Virus record (IMG/VR): IMGVR_UViG_3300037762_000162
Location: 1 to 51,258 of that record
DNA length: 51,258 nt
Source of the DNA: a virus
Lineage: Duplodnaviria; Caudoviricetes
Direction: 5' to 3' (one strand)
Shown: positions 24,689-32,374 of the stretch, piece after piece
Layout of the letters: every line of letters starts with the position of its first letter
Position numbering within the stretch: the stretch's first letter is position 1
The notes under the pieces: generated by a model
Seen by the model: only the letters and a program-made list of their open reading frames with translations
Databases searched by the model: none
Told to the model about the DNA's origin: nothing
Translations under genes and position numbers: made by a program

Positions 24689-24861
24689 TTCCCATGATCC
24701 CGACCCGGCGAGACATAGACGTGCTGGTGGCTGTTGGGCAGATGTACCTGCAAGCCCTCGACGACGATCCCGAGAACGAATACCTCATATTGCCCGAGGC
24801 CATGCTGGTAACCGAGGTCTGCGAGGCAGTCGAACGACTGGGCGGGAAGGTTGACCAGTGA
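24685..24861 (+). CDS. Small hypothetical protein (58 aa)
   Basis: ATGA overlap; MIPMIPTRRDIDVLVAVGQMYLQALDDD... Confidence 0.6.
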   Translation: MIPMIPTRRDIDVLVAVGQMYLQALDDDPENEYLILPEAMLVTEVCEAVERLGGKVDQ

Positions 24862-24879
24862 CCCTTGTGACGTCGTAAG

Positions 24880-25323
24880 TTAGCCCTCGCCCCGGTCCGT
24901 CTCGTCGGCTTGGTGGATCATTCGCCGCACCCACGCCGACCGGTTCGGCTTCCCGTCCAGGTGGATGATGCCGTCGCGTCGGGCCAGCCGGTCCACGATC
25001 GCCTTCTCGGCGTCGGTGAGCTTCACACACACGGTTACGGCATCCGGTGTCTCGAGGTCATCGACGGTGATCGGCGGGCAGTCGATGCAGCGGGCGGCAT
25101 GCGCCACAAGCGCATCCCATGTGGTCCAGGCGGATAGTGCTCCATTACCTGGGCGGCTGCGCCAGTCGACGTGACGCATGGCGAAGTTGCAGCTTCGGCA
25201 CAGCACGCCGCGGACCCAGCCATGAGCGTGGCAGTGATCCATGACTGGGTTCTGGCTGGAGCCGCAGACGATGCAGACGGCATCTGCGATGAGTGGCTCA
25301 TGCTCGCCGTAGAGGACCGGCAC
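24880..25323 (-). CDS. Endonuclease VII-like domain fused to RHH-like domain
   Basis: CIVC...MDHCH.HGWVRGVLCRSCN; C-terminal VTVCVKLTDAEKAIVDRLA...NRSAWVRRMI; GTG overlaps upstream TAG. Confidence 0.75.
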   Translation of the reverse strand: MPVLYGEHEPLIADAVCIVCGSSQNPVMDHCHAHGWVRGVLCRSCNFAMRHVDWRSRPGNGALSAWTTWDALVAHAARCIDCPPITVDDLETPDAVTVCVKLTDAEKAIVDRLARRDGIIHLDGKPNRSAWVRRMIHQADETDRGEG

Positions 25324-25496
25324 TAGTACCCCTTCTTCTTGAGCCACTCGGCGACGGCGGCCTTGATCTGATCGGTCAGCGTGACGCCGGTGTCGGCCCG
25401 GTAGCGGCCCATTCTCTTGTGTAGGTCGGCTGGGATCTCTGCATGTAGCGGGCGGGTCTCCGGCTGGGGGCCGGCCTGATCGGGGTCGGTGCCCAC
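25323..25496 (-). CDS. Ribbon-helix-helix DNA-binding protein (57 aa)
   Basis: Hand translation MGTDPDQAGPQPETRPLHAEIPADLHKRMGRYRADTGVTLTDQIKAAVAEWLKKKGY; AAGGGAG RBS. Confidence 0.8.
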   Translation of the reverse strand: MGTDPDQAGPQPETRPLHAEIPADLHKRMGRYRADTGVTLTDQIKAAVAEWLKKKGY

Positions 25497-25529
25497 GGCG
25501 GGTCTCCCTTGCTGCCATGCTCGTCAGAG

Positions 25530-25557
25530 TGTACATCTGTACAGGTGAACAAGTACC
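25530..25557. promoter_or_regulatory. Operator-like repeats in a divergent promoter region
   Basis: TGTACA-tc-TGTACA-gg-TGAACA-AGTACC, 8-bp period. Confidence 0.6.
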
Positions 25558-25578
25558 GTCATGCGCGGAGGTACTGAC

Positions 25579-26379
25579 GTGGCGCAGAATACCGATACCG
25601 GCCGCGACTGGTGGCGGATACTGCAGTGGCCGCTGCTCGTCGCATCCGCCGGCGTCGCCGCCTGGGTGTCCTACACCCAACAGCGGCAGCTCGGTATCTA
25701 CGTCGGCTGGGACTCCCCGTGGGGGCTGCCGGTCATCCTCGACGGCCTCGCCGCCGCCACCCTGCTGTCCTACATCCGGAAACCGGCGCCGTTCAACCGG
25801 GTGGTATCCACCCTCGTCATCGCCACCGCAGTCGTCGGGAACGCGCAGGCCGCCATCTACGACCCGGCCACCGCCGACCTGCCCGCCCCGCTGTGGGCGG
25901 TCATCGCGTGGAAGGTGCTGCCGCCGGTGGCGGTGTTCACGATCGCCCACTACATCGCCCACGAACGGCAGGAGACCGGGATATGGGTACCGAAGTCCTC
26001 CTCCGCCCCCGCAGAAACCGCCGCCCCCCGCGCCCTCTCACCCGATGGGGACGGTTCGCGTACTGCGTCGCCTTCGGCCACTCGACGAAACGGCGCGCGT
26101 ACTGCACCCGCTGCCTCCGCCTCCGCCTCGAAGGCCGCCTCGCGGTCGAAGCAGCGAACCGACTCCGAGCTGGCCGCGTTGACAGTGGCCGAGCAGTGGT
26201 CGACATTGAGTGGGGACCAGCTGGCGGAGAGGCTGCACGTGGCGAAGGGCCGCGCGTTGCGGGTCCGGAACTTGGCCCGGGCGCAGCCGGCAGGGCAGCC
26301 CTCGAGGCCGCACCCGGCGGCGGCGACTAACGGCGGAGTCGGCCCGGGCGGCACGGGGACGCTGACCGAGACCGGGTAG
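25579..26379 (+). CDS. DUF2637/Spd-like multi-TM protein with C-terminal HTH
   Basis: GGAGG RBS; about four TM segments with SY...LP..LDG...GN...PP pattern; low-complexity linker; LSGDQLAERLHVAKGRALR HTH. Confidence 0.75.
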   Translation: MAQNTDTGRDWWRILQWPLLVASAGVAAWVSYTQQRQLGIYVGWDSPWGLPVILDGLAAATLLSYIRKPAPFNRVVSTLVIATAVVGNAQAAIYDPATADLPAPLWAVIAWKVLPPVAVFTIAHYIAHERQETGIWVPKSSSAPAETAAPRALSPDGDGSRTASPSATRRNGARTAPAASASASKAASRSKQRTDSELAALTVAEQWSTLSGDQLAERLHVAKGRALRVRNLARAQPAGQPSRPHPAAATNGGVGPGGTGTLTETG

Positions 26380-26385
26380 ATCGCG

Positions 26386-28161
26386 GTGCCCGACTTCGTG
26401 CAGACCGCGCCGTACGACGGGTCCGCTCGCGGCATCGTCCGCGGCATGGGCCGCAAGTGGGCGGCGACACACGACTTCCTGTACCTCACCTGGCGGACCG
26501 TCCGGTGGTTGTTCAAGCGGCCGATCACGTGGCCGGGGATGGTCGCCGGGGGCTGGTTGTGGTCCCGGGGTGTTCCGTTCTGGCTGGTTCTGCCGCTGCC
26601 GTTGGCGCCGCTTATTTGGCGGGCGGATAAGTCCCAAGTGTGGTTGTTCGGCTCCGCGCTGCGGAGCCGCAGCCTAACACGGGGGGCGAATACGCTGTCA
26701 AATTGGTGGCGCATTCGGCGTGGCTGGTCCACCGGAACTCGAGCGGTCGGGTTCGCACAATCAGGCAAAGGCGGACAGGTCCCGTGGCTGCGTCATTGGG
26801 AGTTGACAAACTCCGGGATGGCCGCGTGGGTGACGTGCGGAACGTTCGGGTGGTCGGCGGACGACTTGGCGACCAGGGCGCAGACGATAGCGGCGGGCAT
26901 CAACCGTTGTAGAGGAGTGACTGTCACACAAGGCGACTACCCGGGGGTCGCCCGGTTGGACTTCGCGTTCTCCGACCCGCTGGCTGACGTGTTGTCGGTG
27001 GCTGAGTTGGCGGCCGCGCCGAGGGCACGGCTGACCTGCGGGTTGACCGAACGGGGCGACCCGGCCTACCTGCACAACTACCTGTCGACGCTGGTCGTGG
27101 GCCTGCCCGGGTCCGGCAAGTCGAACATGCTGTGGACGCTGATCCTGTCCGCGTTGGCGGCCGGGGAGCCGTTCGAGTTGTGGGTGCTGGACCCGGCCGG
27201 CGGGGTCGAATTGTGGGAACTGTCGAACGGTTCACCGCTGGTCCGGGACTATGCGGCGTCACCGGCTGAGATGAAACGGCTGGTGAAGGATCTGCACACG
27301 AAGATGATTGAGCGGATGAATACCATGGCCGGGAAGGAGCGGTTGCATACTCCGACGAAGGAGGCGCCCCGCTGGTATCTGGTTGTCGACGAGGCCATGC
27401 GTGCGTGGAACCAGTTGAAGAAAACCGGTGGCAACGGGCCGAACCATCAGCAGATGCTGGTGGAGATACTGTCCCTCGGCCGTAAGGCTGCTATCACCAC
27501 GATCGCGTTGACGCAGATACCGTTCGGGCATGCGATCGGTGAACAGGTGCGGCTGCTGTTCCCGCAGAAGGTGGTATTCCGGTCCAACGACTGGTTGGTG
27601 ACGAATACCGCATTCGGTTCCGGGTCGGAGGCGTTGGGTGCGGCGGCGTCGAAGATCTCCGTCCGCACCCCGGGGGTGGGGTACATGATCGGCGATACCG
27701 ACACCCGGCCGGTGCGGTTCCGCACCCCGTTCATCTCCGACTTCATGACCACTTTGATCGCTAAGGGGATGCTGCCGGACGGTATCCCCACAACTGCCGG
27801 GGCCGGCCAGTCGTGGCACAACAACGAGCATGTGCTGTACCGGTGGGACACCCCGCCGGAGGGTGTCGAGCTCGACGGGAAGACCTACATCGGTGTGCTG
27901 TACGTCGGTATCAGCGTCGACGGGTTGCAGCGGGCCGACCAGCACCTGTCGAACGAGGCGAAGGCGGTGCTGCGTTCGCCTGGGGTGACGATGACGATTG
28001 TGGAACGGTTCAACGTCGAGTCGCATTCGGCGGAGGTTGAGGCGGGGAAGACGGTCCGGCAGGTGGCGCTGGAGGTGGAGGCCCCGATGATCGGGCAGCT
28101 GGGGCCGCCGCTGAACATCGCCCACAACGGCCGGCGTAGGCGGAAGGCGGTCGAAGCATGA
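26386..28161 (+). CDS. FtsK/SpoIIIE (TraB-like) DNA translocase with C-terminal GIY-YIG nuclease domain
   Basis: N-terminal hydrophobic anchor; Walker A GLPGSGKS, Walker B LVVDE, LGRKAAI...TQ; C-terminal VLYRW...LYVGIS...R..QH...E..MI...P.LN. Confidence 0.85.
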   Translation: MPDFVQTAPYDGSARGIVRGMGRKWAATHDFLYLTWRTVRWLFKRPITWPGMVAGGWLWSRGVPFWLVLPLPLAPLIWRADKSQVWLFGSALRSRSLTRGANTLSNWWRIRRGWSTGTRAVGFAQSGKGGQVPWLRHWELTNSGMAAWVTCGTFGWSADDLATRAQTIAAGINRCRGVTVTQGDYPGVARLDFAFSDPLADVLSVAELAAAPRARLTCGLTERGDPAYLHNYLSTLVVGLPGSGKSNMLWTLILSALAAGEPFELWVLDPAGGVELWELSNGSPLVRDYAASPAEMKRLVKDLHTKMIERMNTMAGKERLHTPTKEAPRWYLVVDEAMRAWNQLKKTGGNGPNHQQMLVEILSLGRKAAITTIALTQIPFGHAIGEQVRLLFPQKVVFRSNDWLVTNTAFGSGSEALGAAASKISVRTPGVGYMIGDTDTRPVRFRTPFISDFMTTLIAKGMLPDGIPTTAGAGQSWHNNEHVLYRWDTPPEGVELDGKTYIGVLYVGISVDGLQRADQHLSNEAKAVLRSPGVTMTIVERFNVESHSAEVEAGKTVRQVALEVEAPMIGQLGPPLNIAHNGRRRRKAVEA

Positions 28162-28271
28162 TCTGTCTGTGTGACGGTTATGTCTTTATTGGTTTTGGGG
28201 ATCCTTATTGTGATGCTTGCGGGCATATTGACGAGGCACATGACGGCGAAACTTGCAGTATCGAGACGTAG
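28158..28271 (+). CDS. Cys/His-rich micro-protein (37 aa)
   Basis: ATGA overlap with translocase stop; MICLCDGYVFIGFGDPYCDACGHIDEAHDGETCSIET. Confidence 0.6.
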   Translation: MICLCDGYVFIGFGDPYCDACGHIDEAHDGETCSIET

Positions 28272-28282
28272 AACGCACGAAG

Positions 28283-28355
28283 GCCGCCCCCCGGCCTGCA
28301 GGGAGGCCAGGGGGCGGCGGGGTAGCCGGGACAGGGTCGAGGTGTGCCCGGCTAC
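28283..28355 (-). terminator. Double hairpin between convergent late operon and translocase operon
   Basis: 15-bp stem 28283-28297/28304-28318 (G-U on - strand) and 9-bp stem 28322-28330/28347-28355. Confidence 0.7.
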
Positions 28356-28624
28356 GTCACAGGGATCGACGACGCCGGCGGCGACAGGGTTTCAGCGGTG
28401 CCGACACCTGGGCCGCGTTGGGTGGCGCTGTGCGTGGCCACCGACGTGAGCACCGAGACGAGGGTGGCGATCGCGGACACCGACGCGATCCCCGCCCAAT
28501 CCAACGACTCGATGTATTCGATGCCCAATCCGTTGCCGACGATGAGCGCGGCGGCGGTCTGGCAGAACGTCTTAATGGCCCGCTCGAGCGTGGCCGCCCA
28601 GAACGTCTTGGTGAAGATGCTCAT
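28352..28624 (-). CDS. Holin (r1t-like)
   Basis: [23 protein letters not shown]...DW...A.L.SVLTS. Confidence 0.88.
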   Translation of the reverse strand: MSIFTKTFWAATLERAIKTFCQTAAALIVGNGLGIEYIESLDWAGIASVSAIATLVSVLTSVATHSATQRGPGVGTAETLSPPASSIPVT

Positions 28625-29262
28625 GGGGTGCTCCCTTCTTGTCCTGGCGGGAACCGGCACGGCCCGGCCACGGTTTGGGTGGTGTCGTCGGTGAATGTGA
28701 TCAGCCAGTTGCTGTCGTCGCCGCAGGCGACGGTCACGATGCCGCGACCCGGCGCGCCGTCTGCGCCTGCTGGTCCTGCAGGTCCGGCGGGCCCTTCGGG
28801 GCCGACGATCGACTCACCGGAAGCGCCGTCCGCGCCGGCTGCCCCGTCGGCGCCTGCTGGGCCGGCTGGGCCGACACCGCCGGGTAGCCCTTGTGCGCCG
28901 GCCGGTCCGACCGGTCCGGGTGGGCCGACGTCCCCGGTGAATCCGCGCGGCCCTGTCGGGCCTTCCGGGCCGCGGGGTCCGACCGGTCCGGGCACCGGCT
29001 CGGTCGGCTGTTCGGCGATGTCCTCGGCCTGCCGGCAGATGTCGAAGTCGACCGCGACAGCCGGGTTCTCGCATTCGGCTTGCACCTGCTCGGCCAGCGA
29101 CACCGCGTTCGCTGCGGAGGTTTCACCTGCGGTCTGGATTTGCGCCCGGTTGACGAACAGCCAGATGACGGCGATGACGACCAGCGCCAACACGGCCAGA
29201 ATGCCGACCACCAGGCGGTGGACGCTGCGTTCGGTGTGCTGGTCGGCCTCATGTGTTCCCAT
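28621..29262 (-). CDS. Membrane-anchored collagen-like protein
   Basis: N-terminal TM; about 27 Gly-X-Y triplets. Confidence 0.85.
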   Translation of the reverse strand: MGTHEADQHTERSVHRLVVGILAVLALVVIAVIWLFVNRAQIQTAGETSAANAVSLAEQVQAECENPAVAVDFDICRQAEDIAEQPTEPVPGPVGPRGPEGPTGPRGFTGDVGPPGPVGPAGAQGLPGGVGPAGPAGADGAAGADGASGESIVGPEGPAGPAGPAGADGAPGRGIVTVACGDDSNWLITFTDDTTQTVAGPCRFPPGQEGSTP

Positions 29263-29533
29263 TGCGCTCCGCCTGCCTTCTCCACTTTGCGGCGGCGTCT
29301 TCGGCTTTCCATGCCCGTTCCCGCTGCTGTTCGAGTTCGGCGATGAACTTGCGGATCGTTGCGTCTTTCTCGTCGAGCGCGCGGCTGTGCTGTTCCCGGA
29401 GGTCGGTGATCTGCCGCAGCTGGCTGGCCCGGTCGTTGGACAGGTGGGAGGCGAGGCGGAGGACGAGGGTGGTCAGCACGGCGAACAGGACGCCGAGGGG
29501 GCCGCCGACAGTGAGGATAGGCCAGTCATCCAC
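29249..29533 (-). CDS. Membrane protein with coiled coil (lysis cassette; alternative start 29572)
   Basis: One TM then heptad-rich region. Confidence 0.75.
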   Translation of the reverse strand: MDDWPILTVGGPLGVLFAVLTTLVLRLASHLSNDRASQLRQITDLREQHSRALDEKDATIRKFIAELEQQRERAWKAEDAAAKWRRQAERNGNT

Positions 29534-29568
29534 ACCTTGCTCTCCTGCCGTGCGGGGGGCTATCAGGG

Positions 29569-30453
29569 TCAAGCGGGCGGTTCCGCCACCGGAGCGTGAG
29601 CTTCCTTCAATTCGATGACCTCAGCACGCAGCATGTCCAAGTCCTGCTCGAGCGCCTCGATCTCAGCGTCAAGTTCCAGGGTCTTCTGCCATCCCTTGTA
29701 GGCGTCGATGCGGGCGAACCGGAGCAGGTCCCCGGCCGACCTCGCAACGCCGTCGTGGGGGTCGGACAGCTTGTGGTTCCACAGTTCAGCAGGGGTAGGC
29801 ATGTCGTCCTCCGGTGGTGGGTTGAGGCCGTTGCGCAGGTAGTCGTTGACCAGGATTTCGAGGGCGGACATCCGCGCCCACATCGGGCCGGCCGGGCAGC
29901 TCTTCGACGACACGCAGCGGTGGCCGTGGATCTCCGCGGTGCGGACGACGAACCCGGCCAGCTTGTCCGCAGCGATCGCCTTCGCCAGCGAGTTCAGCTG
30001 CTTGTCGGTGACGACGTCGGCGACGTTTTGGCAGATGACGTAGGCGCGGGCGTTGTAGTTGAGGTTCCAGTTCGGCGCGGTCAGCGGTGCGCCCCGGCCG
30101 GGGCAGCCACCAGTAAAGCACCAGCCGCGTTTGAAGTCGTTGACGGTGTGCGCCCCGCGCCGGCCGATCGGTTGGCCTTCATAGGCGGTGCCGGACTGCA
30201 TGAACAGCCGGTTGTAGGAGATGCCGGTGGAGGGGAACCGGGAGATGCCGATGGATTCCACGGCGCGGGCGTGGGCGTCGTCGGAGCCGTAGTTGCGGGG
30301 GTTGGTGATGGTGATGTGGACGAAGACGCGGGTGGCGGGTTCGACGACGGCGCGGGCGTCGGTGTAGGAGCGTTGGAAGCGGGCCTGCTCCCGGCTCCGC
30401 AGCCACCACCCCACGGCGTCCAGGGCGGCGCGCTCCTGGCTGATGGAGGTCAT
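29569..30453 (-). CDS. Endolysin, N-acetylmuramoyl-L-alanine amidase (Amidase_2-like)
   Basis: VFVHIT...SYN...EG...GAHT...IHGHR...SKSCP. Confidence 0.85.
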   Translation of the reverse strand: MTSISQERAALDAVGWWLRSREQARFQRSYTDARAVVEPATRVFVHITITNPRNYGSDDAHARAVESIGISRFPSTGISYNRLFMQSGTAYEGQPIGRRGAHTVNDFKRGWCFTGGCPGRGAPLTAPNWNLNYNARAYVICQNVADVVTDKQLNSLAKAIAADKLAGFVVRTAEIHGHRCVSSKSCPAGPMWARMSALEILVNDYLRNGLNPPPEDDMPTPAELWNHKLSDPHDGVARSAGDLLRFARIDAYKGWQKTLELDAEIEALEQDLDMLRAEVIELKEAHAPVAEPPA

Positions 30454-30574
30454 GCCACACCTGCGTAGCACAGGGGGTGCCATCTTCCCTTAGCCCCGGC
30501 CGCGAGCTGAGGGATCACCCCTATTCCGCTTATCGCCAGAGTCTTCGGCACCTGGCGCGCCACGTCTGGAGTCA

Positions 30575-30796
30575 TCATACCGTGGACCAGATGCCAGGGG
30601 AGTCCTCCACCCAGCCGTCCAGATGCTGCAGGTGCCCGGTGGCGGTCAGCCGGGCCGCGTACACGCACACCGGCTCGAGCAGGTCCACATCCTCGGGCAG
30701 GCGCAGCACAGCCATCGGCTCTTCGTCGGCGGTGACGTCCACGACGACGCGGGCTTGGTCGTTCCAGACGACGATGTCACCTGGCAGAACGGTCAC
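30575..30796 (-). CDS. Hypothetical protein
   Basis: Compact ORF in late operon. Confidence 0.6.
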   Translation of the reverse strand: MTVLPGDIVVWNDQARVVVDVTADEEPMAVLRLPEDVDLLEPVCVYAARLTATGHLQHLDGWVEDSPGIWSTV

Positions 30797-30808
30797 GGGT
30801 TCCCCCTA

Positions 30809-31621
30809 TCAGGTGTGGATGAGGCATTTGGGTGCGGCCGCGATCCGGGCGAACAGCGCCGGGCTGGAGTGCTGGCCGATGGCGTAGGAGTGCGGCGGCG
30901 CCCACGCCCCGTACACGCGGCAGGCGTTGACCACCCGGTCTCGGATGCCGGCGTTGGTGGGGTAGTCCCACGACTCGGCCACGGTAGACAGCCGGGTGTC
31001 GGCCCAGTAGGCGGACAGGATGTAGTAGCGGGGGGTGTTGAACCGGGCCGGGTCGCCGGTGCCCGCCAGCCACGCCACTGCGCCGCCGGCGGCGAGATGA
31101 TCCTTGTGGTTGTCCACCTTCGGAGAGTGGGTTTTCAGCCACACCGGCCCCCCCGGGTTGATCGCGTCGGCGACCTTGCGGATGGCGTCGACCGCGGCCC
31201 ACGGACCCACGGCGTCGGCTGGCAGCCCGGCGTGGTGGATCGTTACCGGGCCCAGGCCGGTGGCGAGGCAGGCGACGGCACGGTCGGCCTCGTTCAGACG
31301 GTGCTGCCCGAAGGTGGCCGGGTCCAGCGGTGTGTACCCTTCGGCGGCCGGGTCGTGGCGGACCCGCCACCACGAGCTCACATACTCGCCGTTCACAGCT
31401 GCGCGCGCCCCGGAGGTGCGCCCGTCGGTGAGGATGAGGACGTGGGTGTCGATGCCGGCGGCGACGTGTTCGGCGATGGCGACACCCATGGCCAACGTTT
31501 CGTCGTCGGGGTGGGCGGCGATGAACAGTGCCGGTGTCGCCACAGCCGCCGCCTCCCTAGGTAGCAGCGTGGATGCGGCGACCGCGGCGGCGCCGGTGAG
31601 CAGGGTGCGCCGGCCGATCAT
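30809..31621 (-). CDS. PIG-L/LmbE family deacetylase with Tat signal peptide
   Basis: MIGRRTLL...EAAA signal; AHPDDE, LTDG, HKDH motifs. Confidence 0.88.
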   Translation of the reverse strand: MIGRRTLLTGAAAVAASTLLPREAAAVATPALFIAAHPDDETLAMGVAIAEHVAAGIDTHVLILTDGRTSGARAAVNGEYVSSWWRVRHDPAAEGYTPLDPATFGQHRLNEADRAVACLATGLGPVTIHHAGLPADAVGPWAAVDAIRKVADAINPGGPVWLKTHSPKVDNHKDHLAAGGAVAWLAGTGDPARFNTPRYYILSAYWADTRLSTVAESWDYPTNAGIRDRVVNACRVYGAWAPPHSYAIGQHSSPALFARIAAAPKCLIHT

Positions 31622-31631
31622 CCGCGGATGT

Positions 31632-31922
31632 TCATGTGACACGCCCCACCTGGGGCATCGGGTGGCTCGTCTTCGGCTCGCCCCAGTCAGGTTCGGGGTG
31701 ACACGTGTATCCCGACGCAACGGCGATGCAGTTAGCAATGAACGGCACCACCTGCTGCACGACCTGAACGTCCAATTCGACGCACATCCGCCGGTCAAGC
31801 ATCAAGAGCACTCGGCCGCCGGGCTGCATGGTCGCCTGCAGGAGTGGAACCTGCCGACCATGGACGACGACGTCATAGGCCTCGAAGGGACCCACGAACT
31901 CAACCGGATCAGTCACTGTCAT
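31632..31922 (-). CDS. Hypothetical protein
   Basis: ATGA-coupled ORF. Confidence 0.65.
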   Translation of the reverse strand: MTVTDPVEFVGPFEAYDVVVHGRQVPLLQATMQPGGRVLLMLDRRMCVELDVQVVQQVVPFIANCIAVASGYTCHPEPDWGEPKTSHPMPQVGRVT

Positions 31923-32365
31923 CCGCGGATGTAATCGACGTAGAAGTACGCGGGCTGATCCGCCAGCGCGACCAGGTTGAACAGCCCCGCACCACTGGAC
32001 AGGTCCGCGGTGACCACGAACGTCTTGTTGCCGGTGGACACCGCGGTGAACTCCACCTCGATGTGGTACGGCATGCTGCTCGAGTTGGTGCTGGAGTGGC
32101 AGCGGCGGGCCTGGATCTGGGTGCCGGTCAGGTTGTCCTCACGGATCTTGATAGACCAGTGGTCGGAGGAGGTGTTCGTGGACACCTGGTAGCCGAAGTC
32201 GGAGGTGACCCGGTAGATGCGGCCGGACACCAACGCGGCGGTGACCGTCTGGATGACGGTTTCGGTGGTGCCGATGCCACCGGAGTTGCTGGTGACGATG
32301 TCGGTGGCGATCCGCTCGCCGGGGGCCTTCCCGGCGATGACGGTCTCACCGGCGAGTACGGCCAC
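31919..32365 (-). CDS. Minor tail protein
   Basis: Beta-rich 148 aa protein after the major tail-tip gene; GAGGAG RBS. Confidence 0.75.
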   Translation of the reverse strand: MAVLAGETVIAGKAPGERIATDIVTSNSGGIGTTETVIQTVTAALVSGRIYRVTSDFGYQVSTNTSSDHWSIKIREDNLTGTQIQARRCHSSTNSSSMPYHIEVEFTAVSTGNKTFVVTADLSSGAGLFNLVALADQPAYFYVDYIRG

Positions 32366-32374
32366 GGTGGCTCC

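Noticed and set aside
24880-25962. 360-aa ORF from the track
   Set aside because: Its N-terminal part overlaps the DUF2637-like gene antisense and the RHH gene out of frame; real start more likely 25323
28171-28449. 92-aa hydrophobic ORF after the translocase
   Set aside because: Runs through the terminator hairpins into the holin; the ATGA-coupled 37-aa frame is favoured, though not excluded
28253-29599. 448-aa + strand ORF with Gly-Pro repeats
   Set aside because: Antisense mirror of collagen, holin and membrane genes
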